A DNA stretch of 64,000 nucleotides, from contig JABVCE010000022.1 of assembly GCA_014905635.1 (NCBI GenBank), positions 310,001 to 374,000 of the forward strand, in the 5' to 3' direction. Under the pieces are notes generated by a model. It worked only from the letters and a program-made list of their open reading frames with translations, was not told the origin of the DNA and ran no database searches. The stretch comes from Scenedesmus sp. PABB004. Taxonomy: Eukaryota. Made by a program: the position numbers and the translations under genes. This document shows, piece by piece, positions 13,039-24,326 of this stretch; the first letter of the stretch is position 1, and each line of letters begins with the position of its first letter.

Positions 13039-15221
13039 TCACGCGTCGGCGCGGCGCGCGCGCAGCAGGCGGCGGCCGTAGCCGCCGTAATCGCTGTAAT
13101 CGCTCCCGCCCCAGCCGCTGCCGCCGCTGTAATAGGGCTGCTGATACATGCCAAAGCCGAGGCTCCCGCCCCAGGGGCTCCAGGCGCCGCCGCCCGAGGT
13201 GGAGGACGCGTACGCGTTGGCAAAGCTGCCCCCGCCGCCCCAGCCGCCGCCGCCCGCGGCGGCGTTGGCGGAGACCGACGCGGAGCTGCCGCCCCACTGC
13301 AGCAGCCGGCGGCCCGCGCCGGGGGCGGCCGACGCGAGGCGGCGGCCCCACCAGCCGCCGCCGGAGCCGGCGCTCGCGCTCGCGCTCGCGCTCGACCCGC
13401 CCCAGCCGCCCCAGGGGCCGCCGCCGGACCAGCTGTTGGCGTTGGCGTTGGCAAAGCTGTTGGACCCGCCCCAGCCGCCCCCATAATACGGGCTGTAGCC
13501 TCCCCAGCCACCGCCATAGTAGGGGCTGTAGCCGCCCCAGCCGAGGCCCCCCCAGCGCAGACCGTCGGCGGCCTTGGCGCCGAGCAGCTTGCGGCCGCCC
13601 GCGGGCGCGGGCGCGGCGCCGTCCGCGGGAGCGGCGCCAAAGAGCGACGTCAGCCGGCGGCCCCAGTAGCCTGCCGGGCGGCGCGGCGCGGCGGGGCGCG
13701 CGGCCGGGCGCGCGGCCGTCAGGCGTGCGGCGGAGGGGCGCGGGCGCGCGGTCGCGCTGGCCCGCGCCCGCGCGGCGGCGCGCCGCTCACCGCGACGGCC
13801 GTAGCCGCCGTAGCCGCCCCCCCAGCCACCGCCGTACGGCCGGCCGTAGCCGCCGTAGGGCCTGCGGGGTCGGCGGGGACGGGGGCGGGTCGGTGCGCGC
13901 CGCCGCGCAGCGACAGGGCAGCCGCGCGCTGGGGTTAAGGGTTGAGGGTTTAGGCGCATGGGCGCACCTGTAGCCGCCGCCGCCGTAGGACTGCGCCTGC
14001 GCCTGGGCCTGGGCCTGGCTCATGGAGCCGCCTGGGCGAGGGCAGCGGGGCAGGGGGTGAGGCTGCAGCGCGCGCGGGGCTGCCGTGTGCGCAGCGGGGG
14101 CGCCGCGGGTGCCGCGCCGTGGCCGTCGCGCGGCGACGCACCCCAGCCGCCGCCCATGGACTGCGCCTGAGCCTGGGCCTGCGCCGCGGAGCCTGTGGGG
14201 GCGCGCAGCGCGCGGCGGGGCGGGAGTCAGCGCACGCGCGGGCGGCTGTGCCCCGCGCGGGCGGCTGCAGCGCACGCGCGGCGCCCTCTCACCGCCCCAG
14301 CCGCCGCTGCCCGCCTGCGCCTGGGCCTGCGCCTGGCTCATGGAGCCGCCTGGCGAGGGAGCGGGGGCAGCGGTGAGCACGGGCGGCGCGGTCAGCCCCG
14401 CCCGCCCGCCCGCTCGCGCGCGGCCGGCTGTGCCCCGCGACTGCGACGTCGCGCCGCTGCTCACCCCAGCCGCCGCCCATGGACTGCGCCTGGGCCTGGG
14501 CCTGCGCCGCGGAGCTGCCCCAGCCGCCGCCGCCGCCGTAATAGGGGGAGCCCCAGTCCGCGGCCTTGGCCGACGCGGCCGACGTCGCAGCGCTCGCCGA
14601 CTTGGCCGCCTGCGCGCCCAGCAGCTTGCGCTCTGCGCGGGAGGTGCCAGGGGCGGGCCGACGGGGCGTGCCGGGGCGGACGGTGGAGGGTGGGCGGCAT
14701 GCCTGGGGCGCGGCGGCACCCGGCGCGCTCAAACAGCGGCGGCGAGCCTTGTTGGCCGCTGGTGACACGCGCCCTGGCGCCGCCAGTCCGCGGGGTCGCT
14801 GGCCGCAGCTTTGGTCGTCGCGACGGCACGCGCGGCGCGCCACGCGCGCGGCACAGCGCTCGCTGTCGGTAATCGCATCGCCCGCCGCGCGATTACCGAG
14901 AGCCCGCGCACCTGATCCACCGGCGCCGGGTCCCTCGAGCGCGCTGGCGCGAGCGGTGGCCAGCGCTGCGCACGGCGGTGAGCAGCGGGGCGGCGTCAGG
15001 CGGGGCGGGCAGCAGCGCGCAGCCTGCTGGCCGCCGGGCCGCGCGCCGCGGGCGCTGCAACGCTGGCCGTCCAGACGCGACTCGCGCGATCTGCCCGGCA
15101 GGCCGCCCGCTCGCAGCAGGCGCAGGCAGGGCGCCGGTTATCGATAATCTGATGCGCGCCCCCGCCCCGTCGCCGCTCGCGCACCGGCCGCCGCGATCGC
15201 CAGCACGACCAGCGTGCGCAT
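13039..15221 (-). CDS. Secreted Gly/Trp/Tyr/Ala-rich repetitive precursor protein, 8 exons, ~377 aa
   Basis: GT-AG exons 15221-15185, 14965-14912, 14632-14465, 14349-14293, 14192-14142, 14031-13968, 13861-13791 and 13670-13039 sum to 1134 nt in one open frame. Signal peptide MRTLVVLAIAAAALATARA; RKLL/GRRL motifs. Confidence 0.85.
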
Positions 15222-15697
15222 CGTGAGCAACTCTACGGTGCGCGCACCAGGGCGCGGGGGCCGCAGTGGGTTGTGGCGCGCCGGGCTGGCGCGGTGGGCG
15301 GGCGCTGGCGGCTGTGAAGACCCTGGGAGTGCGTGTGCGTGACACGCCTGTACACGGGGCGGGCGGGGCGCTTTAGTAGCAGCGCGGTTCTCGAGTAAGC
15401 TGGCCCGACGCTACGCCTCCCGGGATTATTTGCCCCGAGCCAAGCGGCGTGCGCCGCTTCGCTCACAGCCCCTGTGAGGCGGCCCCCTCCGCGCCGACCG
15501 GCACCAGCGCCGCGTGCGTGCGTCTGCGGCGGCGGCGGCAGCGGTGCGAGCGGCGGTCAGCCGCGCTTGACCGGCCCCCAGCGCTCGACCGGCCCGACCG
15601 CGGGGCCCCGCGCTCGCCGGGCCGCTCTAACACGCCGTTCCCAGCAGCTCACGCACCCGGCGCCGCAGCCGCGCGTGCGCGCCGCCGCACTGCGCCA

Positions 15698-17118
15698 GGT
15701 GCGCTGCTGCCGGGTGCGGCGCTGCGGGTGGGGCGTGCACGCGGCTGAGCGGCGGGCGGGCCCGTGTGGCGGGGGCGGGGCGAACACGTTCCTGTTGTAC
15801 ATGTTGGAGTGGGAGGGGTCCTAACACGACAGCCCCGGGGTCGGCGCACGCGGCGCGCCAGGCGTGCGTGCCGCGAGAGCCCTGGCCCGCTCCCTGGTGG
15901 CTGCGCCGCCGCGCGCGCCGGCGCGCGCCGGCCGGCCCGCGGGCCAGGCGGCGGCGCCGCTTGCGAGGCCCAGCCGCGCGCCGGCACCGCGCTCCGATCA
16001 GCGCCACAGCTGCAGTACGCTCCGCGCACGCCGCGCCTGCCGGCTTGCAGGGGCAGCGCGCGCAGCCCGCCGGAGGGCGCCGGCGCCGCCGTGGAGCGCC
16101 GGCGGCAGCGCCGGGGCCGGCGGCGGCAGCGGCGGCGGCGGCGCGGTCCGCGGACAGGCCGCACGCCCGGCGCGTGCCGTGGCGCAGCGCGCAGCCCAGC
16201 CGCCGCGCGGCGCCGCGCACGCGTCGCGCGCCAGCCCAGGCCAGGCCGTGCACGCGCAGGGCAGCGAGGCGCGCGTCCAGGGCTGGGCAGCTGCCAGCTG
16301 ACCTCAACTGTGCTGGCTGTGGCCTGCTGGCCTGGCCAGGGGGCAAGGCAGGTCTGCAGACAGGTCTGCCTGCAGACTGCAGGTGTGACGTCACGTGCCG
16401 CGGCGGCTCGGCCTGAGCACGCCGCGTGCTGCTGCGCCGCCGCGCCGCCGCCATCGCGACTGCTGCCGCCGCGTGCCCCTTGGTGGCGAGCGATGCCGAG
16501 CGCGATCAGGGCGCCGGCCGCACTGTCACACCAGGCGCCGCTGCAGCTCGCCGTAGGCACGTGCAGGTGTCGCCGCGTGCAGCCAGGCCTCCGCGCGCAG
16601 GCCAGCCGCGCTTCGAGCGGCAGCGTGTGTGTCGGCATCCCCTGGCGCCAACATTGGCGCCGCGCGCCGCCGCCGCCGCTGCCGCCGCCGGCCCCGGCGC
16701 TGCCGCCGGCGCGCCGCGCTCCACGGCGGCGCCGGCGCCCTCCGGCGGGCTGCGCGCGCTGCCCCTGCAAGCCGGCAGGCGCGGCGTGCGCGGAGCGTAC
16801 TGCAGCTGTGGCGCTGATCGGAGCGCGGTGCCGGCGCGCGGCTGGGCCTCGCAAGCGGCGGCGCCGCCTGGCCCGCGGGCCGGCCGGCGCGCGCCGGCGC
16901 GCGCGGCGGCGCAGCCACCAGGGAGCGGGCCAGGGCTCTCGCGGCACGCACGCCTGGCGCGCCGCGTGCGCCGACCCCGGGGCTGTCGTGTTAGGACCCC
17001 TCCCACTCCAACATGTACAACAGGAACGTGTTCGCCCCGCCCCCGCCACACGGGCCCGCCCGCCGCTCAGCCGCGTGCACCGCCCCACCCGCAGCGCCGC
17101 ACCCGGCAGCAGCGCACC
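15698..17118. repeat. Long inverted repeat (arms 15698-16145 and 16663-17118, ~517-bp spacer); foldback-like element or inverted duplication
   Basis: By direct reading the arms are reverse complements, apart from a 1-nt indel, a 7-nt indel and an isolated mismatch. GCCA lies immediately outside both ends. Confidence 0.95.
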
Positions 17119-17203
17119 GCCACCGCGCTTGCGTGTCCTCCTCCGCCAGCTGCCGTCCGTCGCTGCGCCCCGTCCGTCCCGTGCAGCGCCCCCGCTCTGC
17201 GCC

Positions 17204-19510
17204 ATGCTGGGACCGTCGAGAGCGGGCCTGGCGCGCTCCGGCCTGGCGCAGGTGCGGCGGCGCGGGCGCGCGGCTGCGGGGAGCGAGCGTAGTAGAACGG
17301 CGAAGCGAGCTGCTCCCCCCCCGGCTCGCAGGACCTGCCCCAGGCCGGTGGCGACTGCGAGAACGACTTTTTCATCTACGTCTTCAAGGTGCGCTGCCGC
17401 GCGGGGCGCCCGGCGCGCTGGGCGCGGCGGGGGCGGGCGATGAGGCGAGGCATCGGCGAGCAGCTCGCGCGCCAGGCAGCCCGAGGCGCCAGCGGCCCGT
17501 CCAGTGCCGCTCCAGCGCCCGGATCAAGCGCCAGACGGCGCCGCGGCAGCCAGGGACGCCGGGCGAGGGCGGGGCGGCCTTTATAGTCCCCCGGGCCTCG
17601 CCCGCCTCGCGCGCGCGTCCGGGCGGCGCCCGGCGGTGCGCCCGTGGCCTCGGGAGGGCGGGCGGGAGCGGCTGGAGGCAGCTTCGGCCAGCTGGTCTGT
17701 TGGAGGGTCCGGGCTGTTGTGGGCGCGACGCCGCCGGCCGGGCGTGTGGCCGCGCTCACCGCCGCCGCGCCGCCGCCCCCGTCCCGCTGCGCAGGTGCAG
17801 CCCTGCCCCAAGCGGTGAGCGCGCGCGCGCGCCGCAGCGGCCGCTCGCTGCGGGCGCAGGCGCGGGCTCGTGCGGGCGCCCGCCGGCGCAGCCCGCGGCG
17901 GCGCGCCCACACGCCGCCGCCGCCGCGCGCAGTGGCGCGCACGACTGGAGCAGCTGCCCCTACGCGCACCCCAAGGAGAAGGCGCGGCGGCGCGACCCGC
18001 GCGTCTACAAGTATGCCTCCACGCCCTGCCCCGAGAGCCTCAAGGTGCGGCGGCGCGGCGCGGCGGCAGCGGGCAGGCGGCGCGGCGGCGCGGCGGGCAG
18101 GCGGCGGTGGGGGCGCCGCTCGCATCGCGCGCGCGCGCGCACGCGCGAGCCGACGCGCGCCCCCGCCCCCGCCGCCCCGCGCGCGCGCAGGGCGTGAGCT
18201 GCGGCCGCGGCGTCGACTGCCACTACGCACACAGCGTGTACGAGTACTGGCTGCACCCCAGCCGCTTCCGCACGCAGGCGCGCGCCGCGCGCCCGCCGCG
18301 CCGCGCGGTGGCCGGCGCCGCGCGCGCCGCGCGCCCACGCCGCCGCGCCCACGCCGCGCCCACGCCCACGCCGCCCCGCCCCGTGCGCCGCGCCGCGCAG
18401 ATGTGCAAGAAGGGCAACCAGTGCAACCGCGCGCTCTGCTTCTTTGCGCACAGCGCGAGCGAGCTGCGCTTCCCCGAGACGGGCGACGACCTCGAGGCGG
18501 CGGCGGTCGACGCCGCGGCGGCGAGCGCGACCGCGGGCGCGCTGCCGCCCGCGGTGTGCGGCGCGCCGGCCGCGGTGTTCACGCCCGCGAGCATGCTCGT
18601 GCCGGGGCTGCCCGGCGGCTACGGCGCGCTGCCCAGCATCATGGGCCTTGGCCAGGTCTGCGGCGACGGCGGCGCGGCGGCCCACATGGCCGCGGCGCAG
18701 CTCGCGGCCATGGGCGGCGCCGGCTACGGCATGGTGCCGGTCGGTGCGCCGCCGCCCATGCTCGTGCGCCAGGACGGCTCGGGCGCGTACGCGCTCGGCG
18801 GGTCGGACGGCAGCTTTGCCGGCGTCGACCCCGCCAGCCTCAGCGACCCGCTGCCGCGCCTCGGCGGCGACGGCATGGGCGCGCCCAGCTCGGCCGCGTG
18901 GCTGCAGCTCGCGGCCGCCAGCCAGCTGCCGGTGAGCCAGGTCATGGGCGCGATCCAGCCCCCGCCGGCGCACGCGCAGTCGGCCCAGGCGCGCGGCCAC
19001 GCGCTCCACGCGCCCAACGCGCTCGCGCTCCAGCAGCAGGCGCGCGGCGCGGCGGCGGGGCTGCAGTGCGTGAACGCCGGCGCCGGCGCGGGCAGCCCCG
19101 GCGCCGGCGCCGACCACCTGGCCACGAGCCTCGCCGGCATGGCGCTGGTCGACGACAACAGCGCCAGCTCCTGCCTCACCTCCCTCTCCGGCGACCAGCA
19201 GTACCTCACCGTGTTGGCCGGCGGCGGCGGCGGCAGCAGCCTCGACCTGTCGTCGGCGCTCACGGGCGGCGGCGTGTCGTCGCCCGTCAAGGCCTCCGCC
19301 GGCATGGACCTGCTGCTCCTGCAGCAGCAGCTGCACGCGCAGCAGCAGGCGCAGCTCGCCAAGCTCGGCAGCGGCAGCATGGCCAGCACCGTCGCGAGCT
19401 GCGGCGCGGCCGCCGGCAGCCGCTCCTCGAGCGGCGCGCTCTCGTACCACCTCGTGCCGCCCATGCAGGCGCCGGCCGCCGCGGGCGGCTGGGGCGTGCG
19501 CATGGCGTGA
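17204..19510 (+). CDS. Plant-type RR-TZF tandem CCCH zinc-finger RNA-binding protein, 6 exons
   Basis: [39 protein letters not shown]...[58 protein letters not shown]. The last intron needs a GC donor at 18278. Confidence 0.92.
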
Positions 19511-20946
19511 GCGCGCCCGCGCGCCGCCCGGCGGCGGCGCAGCAGGGACAGCAGGGACAGGGACAGAGAGCGTGAGGATGAGTGTGAGACAGGGAGCGCA
19601 CAACCCAACCACCTTTCGCAGACGGCGGCGTCGGCGCACGGCGCGCCCGCCGGCGGCGGGCCGACGCCGCACGCATCACCGCGCTCTCGTTGAAGGCTTC
19701 TCTCATGACGGGGCTGCGCGCCGTGCGTGTGCTTTTTGATATCAAAAAAGCCTCGCACACATGCCCGCACGCCGTGCCGCGTGCGGCGCCCCCCTTGGTC
19801 AACCACGGTGGCAATGCACTCGCGCGCGTCGCGGGGGCTTCGGGCGCCTGGCGGCCGCCGCGCCGCTGCGCCGCGGTGCGCGCTCGGCAGTACTACTCCG
19901 TTGGACGCCGCCCGCCGCCCGCCTGGGCGGCGGCGGCCTGCCTGCTGGCTGGTTGTCGCATGTGTGTGTCGCTGGGTCTCGCTGGGTCGCCGCGCGACGT
20001 GCTGCGCGCGGCGTACTGCTCTAAACCTTCAACCCAACCCCCCGGTCCGCGTGGGCGCCTCGGGAGCTGCGCCGGCGGCTGGCTGGCGCGCGCGCCTCAC
20101 TCACTGTCGTGAGCTACACACGGCGCACTGCACTGGCCCGCCCCCGCGCGGGCGGGGGCGGCGCCACGGCCCGCCGACTGCCGCGAGTGCTCAACCCAAC
20201 CGCGCCCTGCGGCAGGCGCTCCGGTGATTTATGGTGCTTGCTTCCCCGCCGCGCTGCGTCTCTCTCCCTTGATGGTGGTGATGGCAACCCAACGCCCAGC
20301 GCGCGCCGCCGCCCGCCGGCCCCCGTGCGGGGGCCGGCGGCGGCGGCCGCGCTCTCAGTAGTAGTAGTAGCCACGGGCTCCTGCACTCGTGTGTCGTTGC
20401 CGCGCGCGCGCACGCCTACTACTTCAGTCGCCCCCATGCCTCGCCGCGCGGGCGCATGCCCGCGCGCGCGGGCCTGGCGGGCCGCTCGTCGTCGCCAGAA
20501 CCCCCACAACATCAACGCTTTGCCCAGCCCCCTCCTCCCTTGTCGGCGCAGCCGGCCGGACCCAACCGCCCCAACCCCACTGCCAACCCAACGCCGGGGC
20601 TTGACCGTCTGCTGCAGAAGGAAACGGGGTAATTGTCGCAGTAAAGTCGCCGCCGCTCGCGCGCGCCGCCGGTCGCGCCGCAACCCGCTGCCGCCGCCGC
20701 CCGCCTGTCGAGCGCGATCTGGGGCCCGGCCGCACTCTCGCAGTGCGCTGGCAGCGCGCGGGCGCGGCGCAGGCGGCCGCCCGGCCGTCTGCCCGCGGGG
20801 TTGCTGCTGCTGCGCTCCCACGTCCTCCGCCCGCCCGGCGCCCTCGCCGTCCAGAGGCGCTCCGCCGGCGTGATCGGCTGAGCTGCGATCGGCCGCCCGC
20901 CGCGCCCGCGCTGCTCTGCGGCGTCACCACTCGCAGCGCCAGCAGC

Positions 20947-22323
20947 ATGCTCGGCCAAGCGCCGCGGCTGCGCAGCCACGTGTCCAGCGCCGCGGGAGCC
21001 GCCAGCTGCTCGGCCGCGGGCCAGGTGGGGCTGCGGGGCCGGCGTCCGGGCGCGCTGCTGGATGCCGCCCGGCGCAAACGCCCTCACGGCGCCGTGCCGC
21101 CCCGCGCAGGCTCGCGCGCTCGGCCGCCCGAGGCGGGTCTCCGTGCGCTGCTTCCAGCAGCATGCGCCGCCGGCGGCGTCCGCAGGCGCGCCGGGGGCGG
21201 GGCGCTCGCCGCGAGGTCGCTTCACCCCGCGCCCCGCAGCGCGCGGCGCGGCCGCTCAGCCCGCCATCGCGCCTGCCCCGCAGTCGGCTCCATCAACAAG
21301 GTCAAGCTGAGCTTCAAGCTCCCCTATCACTGCACCTTTGGGCAGGAGGTCTGCCTCGTCGGCTCGGGCGAAGCCCTGGGCAACTGGAGCGTCGAGAACG
21401 CCAAGCCCATGCACTGGACCGACGGCGACGTGTGGGAGGTGGAGTTTGAGGTCACCACGGGGTGCGTGCGGCGCCGCGCCCCCCGCCGCGCCCCCCGCCT
21501 CGCCCGCGCGGGCGCCGCTGCTGCCGCGCGCGCCGCCCGACCGCGCACCGCCGCGCACCGCGCCGCGCCGCCGCCAGGCCCGAGGTCGAGCTGGAGTACA
21601 AGTACGTCGTGCGCAGCACCGACGGCGGCGTGCTGTGCTGGAAGCCGGGCGAGAACTGCCAGATCCGCGTGCCCGTGTGGCTGCAGGAGGAGAAGGCCAT
21701 CGCGGAGGGCGTGCTCGTGCGCGACGCGTGGGACGGCTCGCTGCAGGACATCGAGCTCGAAGTCACGGGCTTCACGCGCGCCGAGTTCACGGAGGAGGAG
21801 GAGCGCGCGGCGGTGCAGTCGGCGGTGCGCGCGCGGCGGCGCGCCCGCGCGCGCGCGGCGCCGACCGCGCCGGCAGCAGCTGCGCCAACGCCGGCGCCGG
21901 CGGCCCCCCTGCAGCCGCTCGCCGCCGACGGCGCGTGCTCTGCCCGCTGCGCGGCCGCAGGTCGACCGAGCGCTGCACGAGCTGTCGCACGCAATGACGT
22001 CGTCAGCGTCGGTGCAGACCAAGAAGCAGGGTGCGGCCGCCCGCCGGCGCGGCTGGGCAGCGGCGGCAGCGGCGGCAGCGCGGCCGCACCGGCTGCCGCC
22101 ACCGACCGCTGGCCGACGCGTGCTGCCGCTGCCCGCCCGCGCCCTCGCAGACCCGACCGCGCCGGAGGTGCTGCAGGCAGACCGCCTGGTCGCGGCCGCC
22201 GCGCGCAAGGCGGTGGCGATGCACCGCGCGTTTGAGGCCAGCAAAGCGCTGCAGGCGCTGCCCATGCCCGCGGGCCAGGAGGTGGCAGCCGAGCAGCCGC
22301 AGCAGCGCCCGGACGCCGCGTGA
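20947..22323 (+). CDS. CBM20 starch-binding-domain protein, probably plastid-targeted
   Basis: KLSFKLPYHCTFGQEVCLVGSGEALGNWSVENAKPMHWTDGDVWEVEF...LEYKYVV...WKPGEN is a CBM20 signature, followed by a helical C-terminus. The N-terminal exon structure is uncertain. Confidence 0.85.
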   Translation: MLGQAPRLRSHVSSAAGAASCSAAGQVGLRGRRPGALLDAARRKRPHGAVPPRAGSRARPPEAGLRALLPAACAAGGVRRRAGGGALAARSLHPAPRSARRGRSARHRACPAVGSINKVKLSFKLPYHCTFGQEVCLVGSGEALGNWSVENAKPMHWTDGDVWEVEFEVTTGCVRRRAPRRAPRLARAGAAAAARAARPRTAAHRAAPPPGPRSSWSTSTSCAAPTAACCAGSRARTARSACPCGCRRRRPSRRACSCATRGTARCRTSSSKSRASRAPSSRRRRSARRCSRRCARGGAPARARRRPRRQQLRQRRRRRPPCSRSPPTARALPAARPQVDRALHELSHAMTSSASVQTKKQGAAARRRGWAAAAAAAARPHRLPPPTAGRRVLPLPARALADPTAPEVLQADRLVAAAARKAVAMHRAFEASKALQALPMPAGQEVAAEQPQQRPDAA

Positions 22324-23261
22324 GGCGCGCGCGCGTGGCGGGCGCCGCCGCAGCGGCGGCGGCGTGGCAGCGCGCGGCGTGTGTACCATCAGCAGAGGTC
22401 GGCGGGCGGCTCCCAACACATGACCAGCGCTTCTTGGCGCCGCGTGCGGGCGCGGCGGCCGGCGTTAGCGGGAGAGCGGGGTCGCAGAGCCAGCGGCCGC
22501 GGGCGGGCGGGGCGGGCAGGGCGGCGGTCGTGTGCCCTGCGGCAGCCGGCACTGCCGTTTGTTGTCGTGGGTCGGTTGTTCACGTGTGGTGGCTGCAAAG
22601 AAGAAGGGACGCCGCGTGCTGCTGTGCAAGCAGCAGGGCCCCGCGCAGCAGCCGGGGGCCGCCCACCACCCCCGGGCGCGGGGCGCCGCGCGCTCCCTCT
22701 GCATGCATGTGTGGGCGGGCGCGCCGGTGGGGCAGCGGAACGGGGCCGGCCGGCGGTCGCCTCGGCGGCCGCGGCGGCCCCGCGGCTCCTCCAGCGCGCG
22801 CGGTGTGACCCCCCTTTGACCCCGCCGGGGCGGCGTGTGGTTTGCTCCAGCTCAGAACTTCTCTCAAGCTGTCACAGGCTCCCTGTGCTCTCCCTTCCCT
22901 CCGTCCGTCGTCGCCGCCCGCACGCAGTGGAGGTGCGCAGCGCAGCACCCCCTCGCAGCAGCAGCACTCGCGCAGCCGGCAGCTGCGCGACAGTTCGGGC
23001 GCCCGATCTCATGTCATGTCAGGCAGGCCGCCACAGCGCGAGGAGGCCCGGGTGTGCTCGCAGGCCAGCGCGTCGGCGAGCCGTCGCCACAGTGGCAGCT
23101 GCTGCCGGGGCCCGTTCGCATCGCAGCACCCGGCGCGCGCGTGCGAGCGCATTGGCCGCGCCGCCGCGGCCGCCGCGCCCCGGCGTGCGGCGCGCACAGG
23201 ACGCGCGCTCCGCTGCGGTCTGCGCGTCGTCTCTGTTACTCGCAGCGCGTCGCATACATGC

Positions 23262-24326
23262 TCAAATGCTCTGTGTGATGTACTGCACGATCTTGTCGGG
23301 CGGCGTGTCGACGTACTGCAGGTAGTCCACGATCTTCCGCAGCCCGCCGTCCACGTCCAGCCCCAGCAGCGACGGCCGCCGCGACACCGCGGCGCCGACG
23401 TCGGACACGCCGACGGACGCCAGAAAGTCGAAGAACGGCGCGAGGCGCCCCGCGACGTCGTAGCTGAGCACCGGCGGGTGCGCGGTCACGACCTGTGGCC
23501 GCCGGCCGGGCGGGCGCCGGGCGCGCGCGCGTGTGGGCAGGGGAGGGGCGCGCGGGGGCGGGCGGGGGCCGGCGCGCGCCCTGCGCAGCCTGCGTGCGCG
23601 CGGCTGCGCATGCGTCGCGCGCGGCGGCGGGGCGCCGCCGGCTCACCGCCACGATCTGCTGCTGGCTGAGCCCCTGCCCCTGCAGGAACGCGACCACGGG
23701 CTGCATGTCCTGCTCCACGCTCAGCGGCCGCGCGTTGGCGTTGACGGAGCGCTTGGCGTCATTGTACTGCACAAACCTGCGGCAGCGCGCGCGGCGCGCG
23801 TCGGCGGCGCGCGTCGGCGGCGGCGCTGCGCGCGGCCGCGCGTCGGCGGCGCGCGTCGGCGGCGCGCGTCGGCGGCGGCGCTGCGGGCGGCCGCGCAGCG
23901 GCGCGGCCGGCGCACAGGCTGTTGGGGTTTGTCGCGATGTCGAGCACGCGCGCAATCTCAGCCGTATTGGTGAGGCCGATCTGCTTGAGGTAGGCCGCCG
24001 CCGCGAGGTAGGTGGGGTCGACCTGGCCGGCGAGGCCTGCCGGCGGCGCGCCCCGGGGGCGTCGGGGCGGTGGGGCGCTGTGCTCCCGCGCGGGCGCGGC
24101 CCGCCGCGCCCCACGCGCGCGCGCACGCACCCGAGCCGCGCGCCGACTGCGCCTCGGGGGCGCCCGCAGCGGCCGCGACGCGCCGCCGGCCCGCCGCGGC
24201 GGCGTGGCGCGCGCGCGGCGGCGGCGCGAGTGGCCGCTGGCCGCTGCTCGCGGCCCGCGGCGGCCGGCTGCGCCCGGGCCGCGCCGGCGCGGCGGCGGCC
24301 GCGCCGCGCGCCATAGCCACGGCCAT
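23262..24326 (-). CDS. Small organellar mTERF-family protein, 4 exons
   Basis: Transit-like N-terminus, then YLKQIGL..., LSVEQDMQPVVAFLQGQGLSQQQIVA|VVTAHPPVLSYDVAGRLAPFFDFLASVGV...RRPSLLGL, typical mTERF repeats. Confidence 0.82.

Noticed and set aside
15557..17443. Mirror-image ORFs across the inverted repeat (e.g. [11 protein letters not shown] on both strands) as a duplicated gene or transposase
   Set aside because: The translations are low-complexity with no DDE or other domain and no consistent splice pattern; they are explained by the repeat itself.
22842..23230. Transit-peptide-like reading (LQLRTSLKLSQAPCALPSLRPSS) suggesting an extra gene
   Set aside because: It starts at TTG, has no downstream domain, and runs into the antisense of the mTERF 3' end.
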